DNA of 64,000 bases, from IMG/VR virus record IMGVR_UViG_3300031998_000005, one strand, 5' to 3'. The translations under genes and the position numbers were made by a program. The notes beneath the pieces are model-generated. The model was not told the origin of the DNA and did no database searches. It saw nothing but the letters and a program-made list of their open reading frames with translations. Of this stretch, positions 1 to 8,943 are shown piece after piece (the first letter of the stretch is position 1; every line of letters starts with the position of its first letter). The stretch is from a virus (Duplodnaviria > Caudoviricetes).

Positions 1-228
1 ATCAAGTAATTGTCAATAGGTGTTTTTAAGATTTCTTGGGGCAGGGTGCGTGGTGGCTTGCCCTAGTCCTGGAATGTGTGTCCGCACTTGGGGCAAGTGT
101 GTGTCGTGTGCGGGCTGTCGGGTTCGCCACCGCCTTTAAGGAATTTCCGCATATCCTTGAAGTCATCGGGAGTGAGTTCGTAGAACAACTGTCTGCGGGC
201 ATAGGCGGTTTCCTGTTATGGAGGTGTG

Positions 229-447
229 CTACTCTATCTGTTGGATGGAGAATTGCGGGGGTCTTATGGAGTTTCCGAAGTGGGTGCGAGTGGGTGCGTT
301 TGCGGTAAGGTAGGCGACAATTTCATCCGCACGGGCTTTCGTGTAGGTTTCTGCACAGGAAGGGCTAGTTTTCCAAATGGTGATGCCGTTATAGAAGTCG
401 TGCAGGTATTCGTGACCGTCTCGGCAGATTATGTATTTTTCGGGCAT
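229..447 (-). CDS. hypothetical phage protein
   Basis: 72 aa ORF with AAGGA SD, in a dense minus-strand gene array. Confidence 0.6.
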   Translation of the reverse strand: MPEKYIICRDGHEYLHDFYNGITIWKTSPSCAETYTKARADEIVAYLTANAPTRTHFGNSIRPPQFSIQQIE

Positions 448-478
448 AGGTAATTTGTTTCCTTTGGGGAGGGGGTGT

Positions 479-772
479 TTACTTTCGTTTGGTCGGGTAG
501 GTCTTCCAATACTTTCTCTTGAAATCTTCGGGGAGTAGCCACGCAGCGTTCGTGATTAGCGGGGGCTGTTTCGGTATAAGGTCTTCAAAGTCCAACTTCC
601 TGTGGTGCGGGAGCAGGATGGCTGTTCGGATTTCTCGGACAGGACGGAACAGGGCAAGGAAGCGTTCGCACCAATCTATGAGGGGGCGGTCGTTCTTGAA
701 CTGTGCCAGGTCCATCGTGCGACGGAGCGTGTAGTAGTCCCGCTCGGCTTGCTTTGATATGAACAGGGGCAT
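479..772 (-). CDS. hypothetical phage protein
   Basis: 97 aa ORF closely coupled to the upstream gene, GAGGA SD. Confidence 0.6.
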   Translation of the reverse strand: MPLFISKQAERDYYTLRRTMDLAQFKNDRPLIDWCERFLALFRPVREIRTAILLPHHRKLDFEDLIPKQPPLITNAAWLLPEDFKRKYWKTYPTKRK

Positions 773-776
773 AGGT

Positions 777-1025
777 TTATTCCTCGGACATATAGGCGAT
801 TAAGATGTCCGAAATGGTGGCAGGGGCTAGGGAGGCTTTGCCATCCATTGCAATTTCAACGATATGGAAATCATACAGGTCATCGGAGAACTTGGCGGGA
901 GTCCCGCTCAATTCGCTAAATATCTCCAACCCCTCAATGGGGTGGCTGTGGACGGCTGCGACGTTGGCGAGGTTGATAACTCCGATGTCGGTATGGTCGG
1001 ATTTTTTAGTGATTTTGATTTTCAT
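777..1025 (-). CDS. hypothetical phage protein
   Basis: 82 aa ORF in the minus-strand array. Confidence 0.6.
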   Translation of the reverse strand: MKIKITKKSDHTDIGVINLANVAAVHSHPIEGLEIFSELSGTPAKFSDDLYDFHIVEIAMDGKASLAPATISDILIAYMSEE

Positions 1026-1048
1026 AGGTGTGTGTGTGTTTCCTTCTG

Positions 1049-1357
1049 CTAGGGTGCAGTTATATGTTCTTTTATGTTTTCGGGTAGAAAGTCGTTATAG
1101 AAATGTCGGACTTTGTATTCCCACAAGCGGGCGGTTTCCTTGGCACGTTCCAAGTCATATTTCATTCTGCGGATGACTTCGTTCTGTTCGTGGATGGTTT
1201 TGTCCTTACTTGCGATAAATCCGTTGGCTTCACGGGCAAGGATAAACGCTCCGAGGAACATACCCGCCAGGAAACAGAATGCGACATCGGCTGAAATGAC
1301 CCCAAGGACTGCAAGGATGGCGATGGGGAGCATATAGAGGATAAGTTTACTCGTCAT
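1049..1357 (-). CDS. putative membrane protein with C-terminal coiled coil
   Basis: Two N-terminal hydrophobic stretches; start moved to MTSKLI, which follows an AAGGA SD. Confidence 0.6.
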   Translation of the reverse strand: MTSKLILYMLPIAILAVLGVISADVAFCFLAGMFLGAFILAREANGFIASKDKTIHEQNEVIRRMKYDLERAKETARLWEYKVRHFYNDFLPENIKEHITAP

Positions 1358-1382
1358 AGGGGTGGTTTCCTTTTGGTTATTA

Positions 1383-1538
1383 TTAACCATTTACAAGGTC
1401 TATGAGTTTCTTCCCGATGTCAGCCTGTGTAGGCTTGACAGGGACGAACCCTTTTCCGTTATAGACCGAATAAGTAGGTCCGAGCATACTACGGGTAATT
1501 TTCGTGTATCTGTTCCAATCGGTATTTTTGTCTTTCAT
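1383..1538 (-). CDS. small hypothetical protein (51 aa, MKDKNTDW...)
   Basis: Read manually; fills the gap between neighbouring genes; AAGGA SD; below the ORF-track cutoff. Confidence 0.5.
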   Translation of the reverse strand: MKDKNTDWNRYTKITRSMLGPTYSVYNGKGFVPVKPTQADIGKKLIDLVNG

Positions 1539-1559
1539 AAGGGTGTATTTCCTTTATTG

Positions 1560-1850
1560 TTAGGGTTGCAGGAAATTGAGCGGGGTCGCTTCGGCTAATC
1601 GCAGGCAGTCGGTCACATAGTAGAAGACATCCTTGGCTTGCTTGGTTTCGGTCAAGTGGGCAGGGTCAGTGCCAATGCGGACGATGTGCTTGGCGTTGAT
1701 GTCTAGGCTGCCAAGAATGTCGGAACGGAGGGAGAGAGTGCAGACCTGGAATCGGGAGTCTTCGGGGACGGTTATCTTTATGTGGACATAAGAGCCAACG
1801 ACGGTTGAGCCATCGGCTAGGTCGGCAATAAATCGGAGATTGTTAAGCAT
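1560..1850 (-). CDS. hypothetical phage protein
   Basis: 96 aa ORF, AAGGA SD. Confidence 0.6.
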   Translation of the reverse strand: MLNNLRFIADLADGSTVVGSYVHIKITVPEDSRFQVCTLSLRSDILGSLDINAKHIVRIGTDPAHLTETKQAKDVFYYVTDCLRLAEATPLNFLQP

Positions 1851-1865
1851 AGGGGTGTGTTCCTT

Positions 1866-2063
1866 TTACTGACGGGTAATCTTGTATTCGGGGTGGACAA
1901 AGCCATCTGCGTCCACGTGGTAGAGCGTTAGGGTCTGTCCATCTTCTAGGGTCTTCATCGCCTCGTAGAGTTTAGCCATAGCCCGTTCACGGGAGTCTGC
2001 GAGTTCCCTGCTCTTGAAATAGGGCGGGGTGTCGGTAGTGATTTGCCAATAGGGTTCTGCCAT
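1866..2063 (-). CDS. hypothetical phage protein
   Basis: 65 aa ORF, AAGGA SD. Confidence 0.6.
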   Translation of the reverse strand: MAEPYWQITTDTPPYFKSRELADSRERAMAKLYEAMKTLEDGQTLTLYHVDADGFVHPEYKITRQ

Positions 2064-2080
2064 AGGTTGTTTCCTTTTGA

Positions 2081-2383
2081 TTATTCAATTTCCCTGTTTT
2101 CGGTTTTAATGTAATCCTTGATTTTCTTATCCAGGACAATACGCCTATTCCCCTTTACATTTCTTTGCCTGTCGTGTTTGGGGTTGCATTTTCCGTGATT
2201 GGAATATCCTCGGTATCTGCGATACTTTTGGAACTCCACATAATCCGTTGGATAGGCAATGCCCTCTATCTCCATAATGGCGGTCTGTTTAGCCGAAGTG
2301 TTTTCAGTATGTAGAACTTTTCGGATAAGGCGACGTGCCCTGCCGTATGCGTGTTCCCTGCGGTCTTTGCGAGTATTCTTCAT
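2081..2383 (-). CDS. basic hypothetical protein
   Basis: 100 aa R/K-rich ORF. Confidence 0.55.
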   Translation of the reverse strand: MKNTRKDRREHAYGRARRLIRKVLHTENTSAKQTAIMEIEGIAYPTDYVEFQKYRRYRGYSNHGKCNPKHDRQRNVKGNRRIVLDKKIKDYIKTENREIE

Positions 2384-2388
2384 AGTAG

Positions 2389-2625
2389 TCAGCCCCTTTG
2401 GTTCTCTATACTAAATCCCTTTGGTTCAAACTTATACCCGAAAGCCTTGCCATCGTTAGGACATCCGCATTCACCCCCCATATAGGCAAGGCGTTCCTTT
2501 ATCGTAGAAGGAAGGTCTTTCGCTACGAGGTCCGTAAGTTCTTTTTCGGAAAGACCGAAACTGCTGTATGCACGGATGTCCAAGGTGATGACCAACTTTT
2601 TCTTAAAGTCAATTTCATTTTTCAT
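2389..2625 (-). CDS. hypothetical phage protein
   Basis: Start moved to MKNEIDF, which follows an AAGGAG SD. Confidence 0.6.
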   Translation of the reverse strand: MKNEIDFKKKLVITLDIRAYSSFGLSEKELTDLVAKDLPSTIKERLAYMGGECGCPNDGKAFGYKFEPKGFSIENQRG

Positions 2626-2664
2626 TTTAACTCCTTGGTTATTATTAACCATTGTGGTGGGGGG

Positions 2665-2895
2665 TTAAAGAACCTCGCCTGGGATGTCATCATACAGGTG
2701 TTCCCGCTTTCGCATCGCCCACCAATCCGAAATCTTGCGTTTGTCTGCAAGGGTCTTGTGGACTGCGTGGATAACAGCCTTTGCACATCGGGGGCAAAGG
2801 TCTTGGGTGTTTACCCCGCCTGTGGGGGATTCCATCGTATAGACGTAGGTGGTTTCTTCGTCAATTTCTTTCTTGCAGTTTTCGCAAATGGGCAT
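2665..2895 (-). CDS. small zinc-ribbon protein
   Basis: CENC...CPRC cysteine pairs. Confidence 0.6.
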   Translation of the reverse strand: MPICENCKKEIDEETTYVYTMESPTGGVNTQDLCPRCAKAVIHAVHKTLADKRKISDWWAMRKREHLYDDIPGEVL

Positions 2896-2938
2896 AGGGT
2901 GTGTCCTTTATGGTTATTATGAACCATCAGTGGTGGGT

Positions 2939-3199
2939 TTAACGGGTTCGGGTAATGCAGTGCAATTTCTTATCCCTTCCGATAAAGTAGGCGTGGTTAT
3001 TACGCCAAATAAGCGAAGATGCTTTCTGCGTTATGATTTTGGATATGCCAAGCAGTTCCCCATTTTCCTTGCAGAACTCATACACAAAACGCATACGACC
3101 CTTCTTGTCGGGAGTGTCGTCCAAGTATATCCGCTGAATCACACAGCCTTGGGCTTTTGCTTCTTTGAGCGTGGAGATTTTTTGAAATCTGCGTATCAT
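2939..3199 (-). CDS. hypothetical phage protein
   Basis: Start moved to MIRRFQ, which follows an AGGAG SD; this avoids overlap with 3210..3776. Confidence 0.55.
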   Translation of the reverse strand: MIRRFQKISTLKEAKAQGCVIQRIYLDDTPDKKGRMRFVYEFCKENGELLGISKIITQKASSLIWRNNHAYFIGRDKKLHCITRTR

Positions 3200-3209
3200 C
3201 GGAGTTCTC

Positions 3210-3776
3210 CTAGTAGAAAGTAAGAATGTTCCCATAGACAGGAACGGGGTGTTCGGGGCCATTACATCTGCGGATGACACCCCTGTATTTTTCCTTATGG
3301 GCAGGGTTGTCCTTGTTCGGCATAATGTCAATGATATATCGGTTGCCGTTGTAGAACAGCGTGTGCGGGTGGCAGATGGTCTTGATGTCCGTGAAGACAG
3401 GAACATCAAACGGAATCTTGGTGCCATTCTTCAGCACCACTTCGGCAGTGACTTTCTCGTAGCGTTCTTCGTAGTCAAACAGGTAGCAGGACACAGAAAT
3501 TATCGCAAAGGAGGCGACCTTATCCCTAGTGAGAATGTCGGCTTCGGGCAGGATTCTGCCATCGGACCGCACAGACTTGATTTCATCGGCATACGCCCAT
3601 TCGTCATATTTATTGCACTTCATAAGTGCCTGTGGAACGTCCTCTGCGTGAATAATGTCCTTGGGTGCAAAGAAAGTATTAGCCCCGTAAAGTTTGACCA
3701 CAATATCCTTGTTGGGGCAGGGCTTTTCGTCCGCAAAGATATGCCACGGAATAGAAAGGGTTTCGGTGTATCGCAT
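3210..3776 (-). CDS. hypothetical phage protein
   Basis: 188 aa ORF in the array. Confidence 0.65.
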   Translation of the reverse strand: MRYTETLSIPWHIFADEKPCPNKDIVVKLYGANTFFAPKDIIHAEDVPQALMKCNKYDEWAYADEIKSVRSDGRILPEADILTRDKVASFAIISVSCYLFDYEERYEKVTAEVVLKNGTKIPFDVPVFTDIKTICHPHTLFYNGNRYIIDIMPNKDNPAHKEKYRGVIRRCNGPEHPVPVYGNILTFY

Positions 3777-3792
3777 AAGAGGATTTCCCTAA

Positions 3793-4086
3793 TCAGTTAA
3801 GTATCATCTGCGTTATCCATAAAGACCTGTAATAATTAGCCCAAAAATCGGGGCTGTCTTTTGGAGAGTCCGACACGGGCTGTTCCACTGCGGGAGCATC
3901 CGTAGAAATGCCGTCTTTTCGGCATTCATCGGATTTGATTATGACCATCGTAAGCAAGATTCCAAGTCCAAATGCAAACACTAGCACGATAACGAGTGCG
4001 AGCGTCCGTATCTGTGAATGGTCATCAAGCCCGTAGCGTTTCAGTGTGTTGTCACTTTCTTGGGCTAGAATAATTCCATAGTTCAT
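3793..4086 (-). CDS. putative membrane protein
   Basis: Single TM segment LALVIVLVFAFGLGILLTMVII. Confidence 0.6.
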   Translation of the reverse strand: MNYGIILAQESDNTLKRYGLDDHSQIRTLALVIVLVFAFGLGILLTMVIIKSDECRKDGISTDAPAVEQPVSDSPKDSPDFWANYYRSLWITQMILN

Positions 4087-4107
4087 AATAACCTCTGCCG
4101 TTAATGG

Positions 4108-4443
4108 TTAAAAGTTGCGGAAATACAGATAGAACTTTTCGTCCTTGCCGTCAAAGGTCAAGACGAACTCCTTGTCTTCGTCCCGCAGGAGCATAAGACG
4201 GATGGAGTAGAACAGGTCTGCCACCTTTTCCCAAGTGTCGCAGACAAGGATTTCGTGGGGGTTGGCGTAGTAGCCGTCAATGCAGACCTTGGTCGGTTCA
4301 AGGCTACGGATGGCGGCACGGAGTTCCGAAAGCACGATGTCCTTCCAGGATTTCGTGGGGTCGGCTACGAACTGAAATTGGAGCGGGCTACGGGTGTCGG
4401 TGTTTGCCCAAACGCCTGTAATCATCTTGACTTGAACGTGCAT
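4108..4443 (-). CDS. hypothetical early protein
   Basis: First gene after the promoter at 4485-4513; AACCGAGGA leader. Confidence 0.7.
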   Translation of the reverse strand: MHVQVKMITGVWANTDTRSPLQFQFVADPTKSWKDIVLSELRAAIRSLEPTKVCIDGYYANPHEILVCDTWEKVADLFYSIRLMLLRDEDKEFVLTFDGKDEKFYLYFRNF

Positions 4444-4484
4444 AGTATTATCCTCGGTTAAGGGTTGTGGTTGTCTTTACCCTA

Positions 4485-4513
4485 AATATAATAAAATATC
4501 AAGTATCTGTCAA
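4485..4513 (-). promoter_or_regulatory. sigma70-type early promoter TTGACA-N17-TATATT
   Basis: + strand aatata 4485-4490 and tgtcaa 4508-4513, 17 bp apart; member of the repeated promoter family. Confidence 0.85.
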
Positions 4514-4532
4514 TAGGAATTTTTAACAATTT

Positions 4533-5057
4533 CTATCCAGGTATAGCCAATTCATCGTAGAGGTCTGCGGGAGATACACGGAATATCCAACGGCACGATG
4601 CCAACATCCACGAACGCTGACAATCGTTCGTGCAGGCTTCATAGGCTGCTACCGCTCTATCCAATGCCTGTTCTTCAAACGGATAGTCCCGCACGGCATC
4701 CAAATACACTAATAGTGCCTGCCTTTCGTCCTCGTTTGTAAAAATGGTAGAAAGGTCATTTTTCGGAGTAGACGTAGGCTGCGGTTTGTCTTTGTGATAG
4801 TGGAACACCAATCCCGATGTCCACACGGAAAGGGTATGGGTATTAACCCACTTGATAATAAAGTCGCTCCATTTGGAATTTCTGCGAGAGTCCTCGGAGT
4901 AGTAAACCCTGTATGCGTGGACATACTTGAAATAGTTTAGGTAAGAGTCCCGTCGGAGTTCGTCCGCACGGAAGAAACCCTTGACTGACTGCTTGAATGC
5001 GTCCTTGTAAAGCATCCAAAAGAAGCGTTCGTAAGTCTTTACATCGTAAGTTAGCAT
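4533..5057 (-). CDS. hypothetical phage protein
   Basis: Start moved to MLTYDV, which follows a GGGAG SD. Confidence 0.6.
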   Translation of the reverse strand: MLTYDVKTYERFFWMLYKDAFKQSVKGFFRADELRRDSYLNYFKYVHAYRVYYSEDSRRNSKWSDFIIKWVNTHTLSVWTSGLVFHYHKDKPQPTSTPKNDLSTIFTNEDERQALLVYLDAVRDYPFEEQALDRAVAAYEACTNDCQRSWMLASCRWIFRVSPADLYDELAIPG

Positions 5058-5076
5058 AGTCGCTCTCCCGTTTGAT

Positions 5077-5361
5077 TTATTCCGTGATTGTAATACGCTG
5101 TATCGTTTCGTAGCCTTCAATGACACAGGTTTCAAACTTGACCACGAACCCGATGCTATTCAGCAGTGCAACACGATTATCCATCAGTTTACGGATTTCA
5201 CCACGACGATGGTTGTGCAGTTCCACTTCTGCCTGCGAGTGGGCATTCTTGCAGAACTGCTCACACGCCAATTCGCTCATATAGTCGTGACGGAATTTTT
5301 CAAGTTCATTCACGACATTAAGAATTTCAAGGACGTTCTTGCGGGTAAATGTGCGTTCCAT
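5077..5361 (-). CDS. hypothetical early protein
   Basis: First gene after the promoter at 5403-5431. Confidence 0.65.
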   Translation of the reverse strand: MERTFTRKNVLEILNVVNELEKFRHDYMSELACEQFCKNAHSQAEVELHNHRRGEIRKLMDNRVALLNSIGFVVKFETCVIEGYETIQRITITE

Positions 5362-5402
5362 AACGGTGCCCCCGGTTAAGGATTGTGGTTGTCTTTACCC
5401 TA

Positions 5403-5431
5403 AATATAACAAAATACCTTGCAGTTGTCAA
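5403..5431 (-). promoter_or_regulatory. early promoter TTGACA-N17-TATATT
   Basis: aatata 5403-5408, tgtcaa 5426-5431. Confidence 0.85.
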
Positions 5432-5455
5432 TAGGTATTTTTAATTTTCTACGGG

Positions 5456-5494
5456 AAAATAAAAAGCCCCTGCCGTGTGTTAAGCGACAGGGGC
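5456..5494 (-). terminator. intrinsic terminator
   Basis: GCCCCTG...CAGGGGC hairpin followed by a U-tract on the minus strand. Confidence 0.65.
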
Positions 5495-5655
5495 GAGGTG
5501 ACATAGGTAATGGGTCATACGGAATGCTCTACCAGGACTAGGACACACAGGCTAGGGCGGGTAAAACATAACCGCAGAACCAAATCTATGACTAAATATA
5601 ACAAAAATTGTTGGGAAGCGGTATATAACCAGTGAAAAAGTTTATCGGGTATAAC

Positions 5656-5680
5656 AAAAGCCCCGACGGTGCGGGGGCTT
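5656..5680 (-). terminator. intrinsic terminator ending cassette 1
   Basis: AAGCCCC/GGGGCTT stem plus a U-tract on the minus strand. Confidence 0.65.
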
Positions 5681-5737
5681 ATGATACAGGGTTTATAAAC
5701 TAACTACAATCCCAAGTCTGCCTTGGCGGTATTTTGT

Positions 5738-6787
5738 TTAATACATATCGTTTTCGGAGAACTCGTTTACATCGGCTTCCATAGTATTGTAATTTACATC
5801 TATGTCCACCCAACTGCGGTCGCAATACTCACGGAATTTCTCGTAGGACACTTCCCTACGAGTAGCACCCTTATATGCGAAACCATAACGATAATAGTAT
5901 TTCATACCTGTGCCCTCAGTGCCTTCTACCACTTTGAGCATATCTTCTTTGTCCTTGACATTCTTGTTGTTCTTGGAACTATAGAACGAATAGGAATATA
6001 TCTTGGACTCAAAGTCTTTAATTTTTGCATAAGCCTTTGTAATGTCGGCAATATGCTCGTCCACATACGAGTAGTAAGACTTGTCAGCGGGCCAATCCCA
6101 TCTTATGTGACCATTTTCACTTTGGGTATTCGGAGCATCGGGATTATTTAACGTGACAAATGCAAAGTCACCATCTTTAGATATAGCCAACAGATAATAC
6201 TTTCGCTTTAACGGCTTAACGTATGCCCATTGCCAATCGCTTCCAGATTCCCAAGAAACATTACCAAGGTCAGTTTTATCTACTGCGGAATACAGATAGT
6301 TCAAGGCATCTACACAGACTTCGTAATTTTTCTTGGAAGATGATATAATGTCCTTTATAATTTTAGGAACACGGGAATCAAGTTCCGGGGGTGGCGGTAG
6401 CAGTTTCTCGCCATCGGGGGTCAATGTAAACACATTAGACCTTCCCTGTTTCTCTACGAGCATATAGCCATTTGCTACAAGTTCTTTCAATATCTTTCCC
6501 GTAATTTTAATAGGTGTCCCGATACTATCACTGATTTCTCTTGTATCGGGCTTGCTCCAACTTTTGCCTATACTCAACTTATGACAGGCGGTTATAGCAT
6601 CCATATACTTTTTATCGGAAACATTTAATTTCGGTTCATCTTTAAGCAACTCGTCAGCCTTGTCTGCCTGTTTCTGTGGAGAACCCGCAGCAACAATTTC
6701 ATCCAATTCTGCGTCAAGTGCGTCCATATAAGCGTCAGCCTCGTCCAAACGAGATTCGTGAACTTTGATTTTGAGATTGTTAGACAT
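5738..6787 (-). CDS. putative internal head (cargo) protein with a winged-helix-like segment
   Basis: Leader MSNNLKIKVHE; wHTH-like TREISDSIGTPIKITGKILKELVANGYMLVEKQGRSNVFTLTPDG. Confidence 0.6.
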   Translation of the reverse strand: MSNNLKIKVHESRLDEADAYMDALDAELDEIVAAGSPQKQADKADELLKDEPKLNVSDKKYMDAITACHKLSIGKSWSKPDTREISDSIGTPIKITGKILKELVANGYMLVEKQGRSNVFTLTPDGEKLLPPPPELDSRVPKIIKDIISSSKKNYEVCVDALNYLYSAVDKTDLGNVSWESGSDWQWAYVKPLKRKYYLLAISKDGDFAFVTLNNPDAPNTQSENGHIRWDWPADKSYYSYVDEHIADITKAYAKIKDFESKIYSYSFYSSKNNKNVKDKEDMLKVVEGTEGTGMKYYYRYGFAYKGATRREVSYEKFREYCDRSWVDIDVNYNTMEADVNEFSENDMY

Positions 6788-6807
6788 AGTTTAATCGTTC
6801 CTTTGGT

Positions 6808-7482
6808 TTAGGTGTAAGCCGTAATAACATCTTCGCCTTCCGCAGATTTCACACGTTCAACGGAACGAGTAGAACGGAGAGCGTCCAAGCACATCAGCAA
6901 AAAATCTTCACGAGAGCCTATCATCGTTTCAGCGTCTTCGGCAGTCAAGGGAATTTCATCGGGAGTAGCCCTGTATGTCGGGTTCTTGGGAAAGAATGTG
7001 TCCTTGAACTTTAACTTGGGAAACTCACGTGCAAAGGCATTAAGTTGGGCGTTATTGATGGTGTGACCCTGCAAGAACTTGCGGTCATCCGCATCTAGGA
7101 GGTAGGACTTTTCGTTCTTCTTGGAGCGAGATTCCTGCTTGTCGGATGCAGCAGGCGTGAGATTAAGCGTCTTCATAATCTTGGAGGCAATCACTTTAGG
7201 ATTCCATCCCTTTGACCGCAGGCTATATACGTTGTCCAAGCCGAACTCTAGCATCCGCTGGAAACATTCTTCCACGTCATCGGAAAGATTGCAGTCATAT
7301 GAAAGAGCGAACAGCATTTCACGTATTACGCCATTAGCGATAGCGGGTATAGTCTTCCCTGCAAACACGGGGTTGGTCCGTTCTAGTTTCTGCAAAGCCT
7401 GTTTGCCTACGGATGTGACCCCGATGAACGCCCTACCGCTCTCGGCATCTTCGTGGAGTTTGATTTTGAGATTGTTAGACAT
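6808..7482 (-). CDS. putative internal head (cargo) protein
   Basis: Start moved to MSNNLKIKLHE; internal QESRSKKNE linker. Confidence 0.6.
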   Translation of the reverse strand: MSNNLKIKLHEDAESGRAFIGVTSVGKQALQKLERTNPVFAGKTIPAIANGVIREMLFALSYDCNLSDDVEECFQRMLEFGLDNVYSLRSKGWNPKVIASKIMKTLNLTPAASDKQESRSKKNEKSYLLDADDRKFLQGHTINNAQLNAFAREFPKLKFKDTFFPKNPTYRATPDEIPLTAEDAETMIGSREDFLLMCLDALRSTRSVERVKSAEGEDVITAYT

Positions 7483-7509
7483 AGGTCGGTTGTTCTTTTG
7501 GTTCAAGTT

Positions 7510-7869
7510 TTACATCGGGAACGGAGTGCTTGCCAAGTCAATATAGAACTCGTAATTTCTGTATCGCATATCTTTGGCTCGTTGCAGACCTAGTTCCAAT
7601 GCTTCGGGATAAGTCAAGTTAATCGGGCGGGAATACTTGTCATCCAGGACATTATAGTAGCGGAACGATACACGTTCATCTTTCCTATCCCCGAACGAAA
7701 GGTCATATTCCGATGCAGGGAAAATGTCCTTGGACACGTAAATGGGCAGCGTTGCATTATAAATATCAACGTAGCCCTTCGGAGCAGGACGGGTTTTATG
7801 ATTAAGCGGGTCTTCGGATGGATGTGGTGTTCGTCTTTCGTGAACACGTATTTTGAGATTGTTCGCCAT
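7510..7869 (-). CDS. putative internal head (cargo) protein
   Basis: Leader MANNLKIRVHE. Confidence 0.6.
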   Translation of the reverse strand: MANNLKIRVHERRTPHPSEDPLNHKTRPAPKGYVDIYNATLPIYVSKDIFPASEYDLSFGDRKDERVSFRYYNVLDDKYSRPINLTYPEALELGLQRAKDMRYRNYEFYIDLASTPFPM

Positions 7870-7883
7870 AGCCTTACCTGTTA

Positions 7884-8297
7884 TTAAAGAGTCGGGTTGT
7901 TGAGTATTCTACGGGTGGCATAATAGAGCGACTTACCTACATCAGCGGTATCATCAAATATATCCGTTTGGAAGAAATGGTTGATGTCGCCATACATAAA
8001 GTCCTGGTCGGGAGCATAACGGATGTCATAGCAACCTTCAATATCCCCATCGTAAACAACGACAACCAAGATTGTGTCCTCGTTCTCGTCACAGACATAG
8101 AACCCATACACTTGCTTGCCACCCATAAACTTGCTGAAATCTTCAAGACTGAAACCACGCTTGGTAGCGATAGGTTCAAATTCTTTCATCAGTCTATCAC
8201 GGAACTCCCGCTTGTTGCGGTTCATTTCAATCCGTCTATCTTCGGCAACCTTGGCAAGACTTTCCTTTTTCTTCTGCATAGAGCAAACGAAACTCAT
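7884..8297 (-). CDS. putative internal head (cargo) protein
   Basis: Leader MSFVCSMQKKKESL. Confidence 0.6.
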   Translation of the reverse strand: MSFVCSMQKKKESLAKVAEDRRIEMNRNKREFRDRLMKEFEPIATKRGFSLEDFSKFMGGKQVYGFYVCDENEDTILVVVVYDGDIEGCYDIRYAPDQDFMYGDINHFFQTDIFDDTADVGKSLYYATRRILNNPTL

Positions 8298-8327
8298 AAT
8301 TAAAATTCCTTGGATTATTCTATTGGA

Positions 8328-8340
8328 AATATAAATAATT
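8328..8340 (-). promoter_or_regulatory. putative late-type promoter (TATATT without TTGACA)
   Basis: AATTATTTATATTT upstream of cassette 1; no -35 hexamer at 17 bp. Confidence 0.45.
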
Positions 8341-8559
8341 TTAGACGGCTACGTTGAGTTCTTCATCGGTCATCTTGACCCATTCCTTGTAAGGTCCAAG
8401 GATAGAACACTTCTGCACGGACTTTTCCACCTTGACGAGCGAACTACCAAGGCTCTTGATGGTCTTGAACAGATGTTCCTTGTCGGAGGCATAGCGGTAG
8501 CCCTTGCCCATAACGTAGTCGGTATCGGTGGTAGTGATACGGAAATTTCTTGTTGCCAT
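8341..8559 (-). CDS. hypothetical early protein
   Basis: Start moved to MATRNF after the AACCGAGGA leader. Confidence 0.6.
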   Translation of the reverse strand: MATRNFRITTTDTDYVMGKGYRYASDKEHLFKTIKSLGSSLVKVEKSVQKCSILGPYKEWVKMTDEELNVAV

Positions 8560-8595
8560 AGCGGTAATCCTCGGTTTGTGGTTATCTATAACCAT

Positions 8596-8624
8596 AATAT
8601 AGTAAAATGCTACCCGCCTGTCAA
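8596..8624 (-). promoter_or_regulatory. early promoter TTGACA-N17-TATATT
   Basis: aatata 8596-8601, tgtcaa 8619-8624. Confidence 0.8.
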
Positions 8625-8643
8625 TAGGTATTCTTAATAAAAA

Positions 8644-8874
8644 TCACTTTTTCTGCTTGATGGACAGATTGTTGGCGGGTATGTCCAAAATCCCGTATTG
8701 AAGATACACACGGATGAACCTTGCCCCCGTATAGTCGGTCTTCCACTCCCACGATTTAGCATCGGGCGTAGTTATTAGGAAACAGGACTCGTTGGCGTTG
8801 CAGGCTTCAAAGACGAACGGCTTGGCTAGGGCTATGACAGGGAGCAACAGGACAAACAGAAATTTCATAAGCAA
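8644..8874 (-). CDS. small secreted protein
   Basis: Signal-peptide-like MKFLFVLLLPVIALA. Confidence 0.55.
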   Translation of the reverse strand: MLMKFLFVLLLPVIALAKPFVFEACNANESCFLITTPDAKSWEWKTDYTGARFIRVYLQYGILDIPANNLSIKQKK

Positions 8875-8907
8875 TCCCCCTTGGGTTGTTTACTGACAAT
8901 ATAGGAA

Positions 8908-8932
8908 AAGCACCCGTGGCATTCGGGTGCTT
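8908..8932 (-). terminator. intrinsic terminator
   Basis: AAGCACCCG/CGGGTGCTT stem with a short U-tract. Confidence 0.65.
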
Positions 8933-8943
8933 GGAGATAAGGA

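Noticed and set aside
63-202. Small minus-strand ORF ending CPKCGHTFQD
   Set aside because: It looks protein-like, but the SD-led ATG at 202 is in another frame and the start cannot be supported.
777-1025. MKIKITKK (and MEIKIMEE at 21296) as capsid-targeting leaders
   Set aside because: Only partial matches that lack the M-S/A-K/N-L prefix, and both are embedded in early operons.
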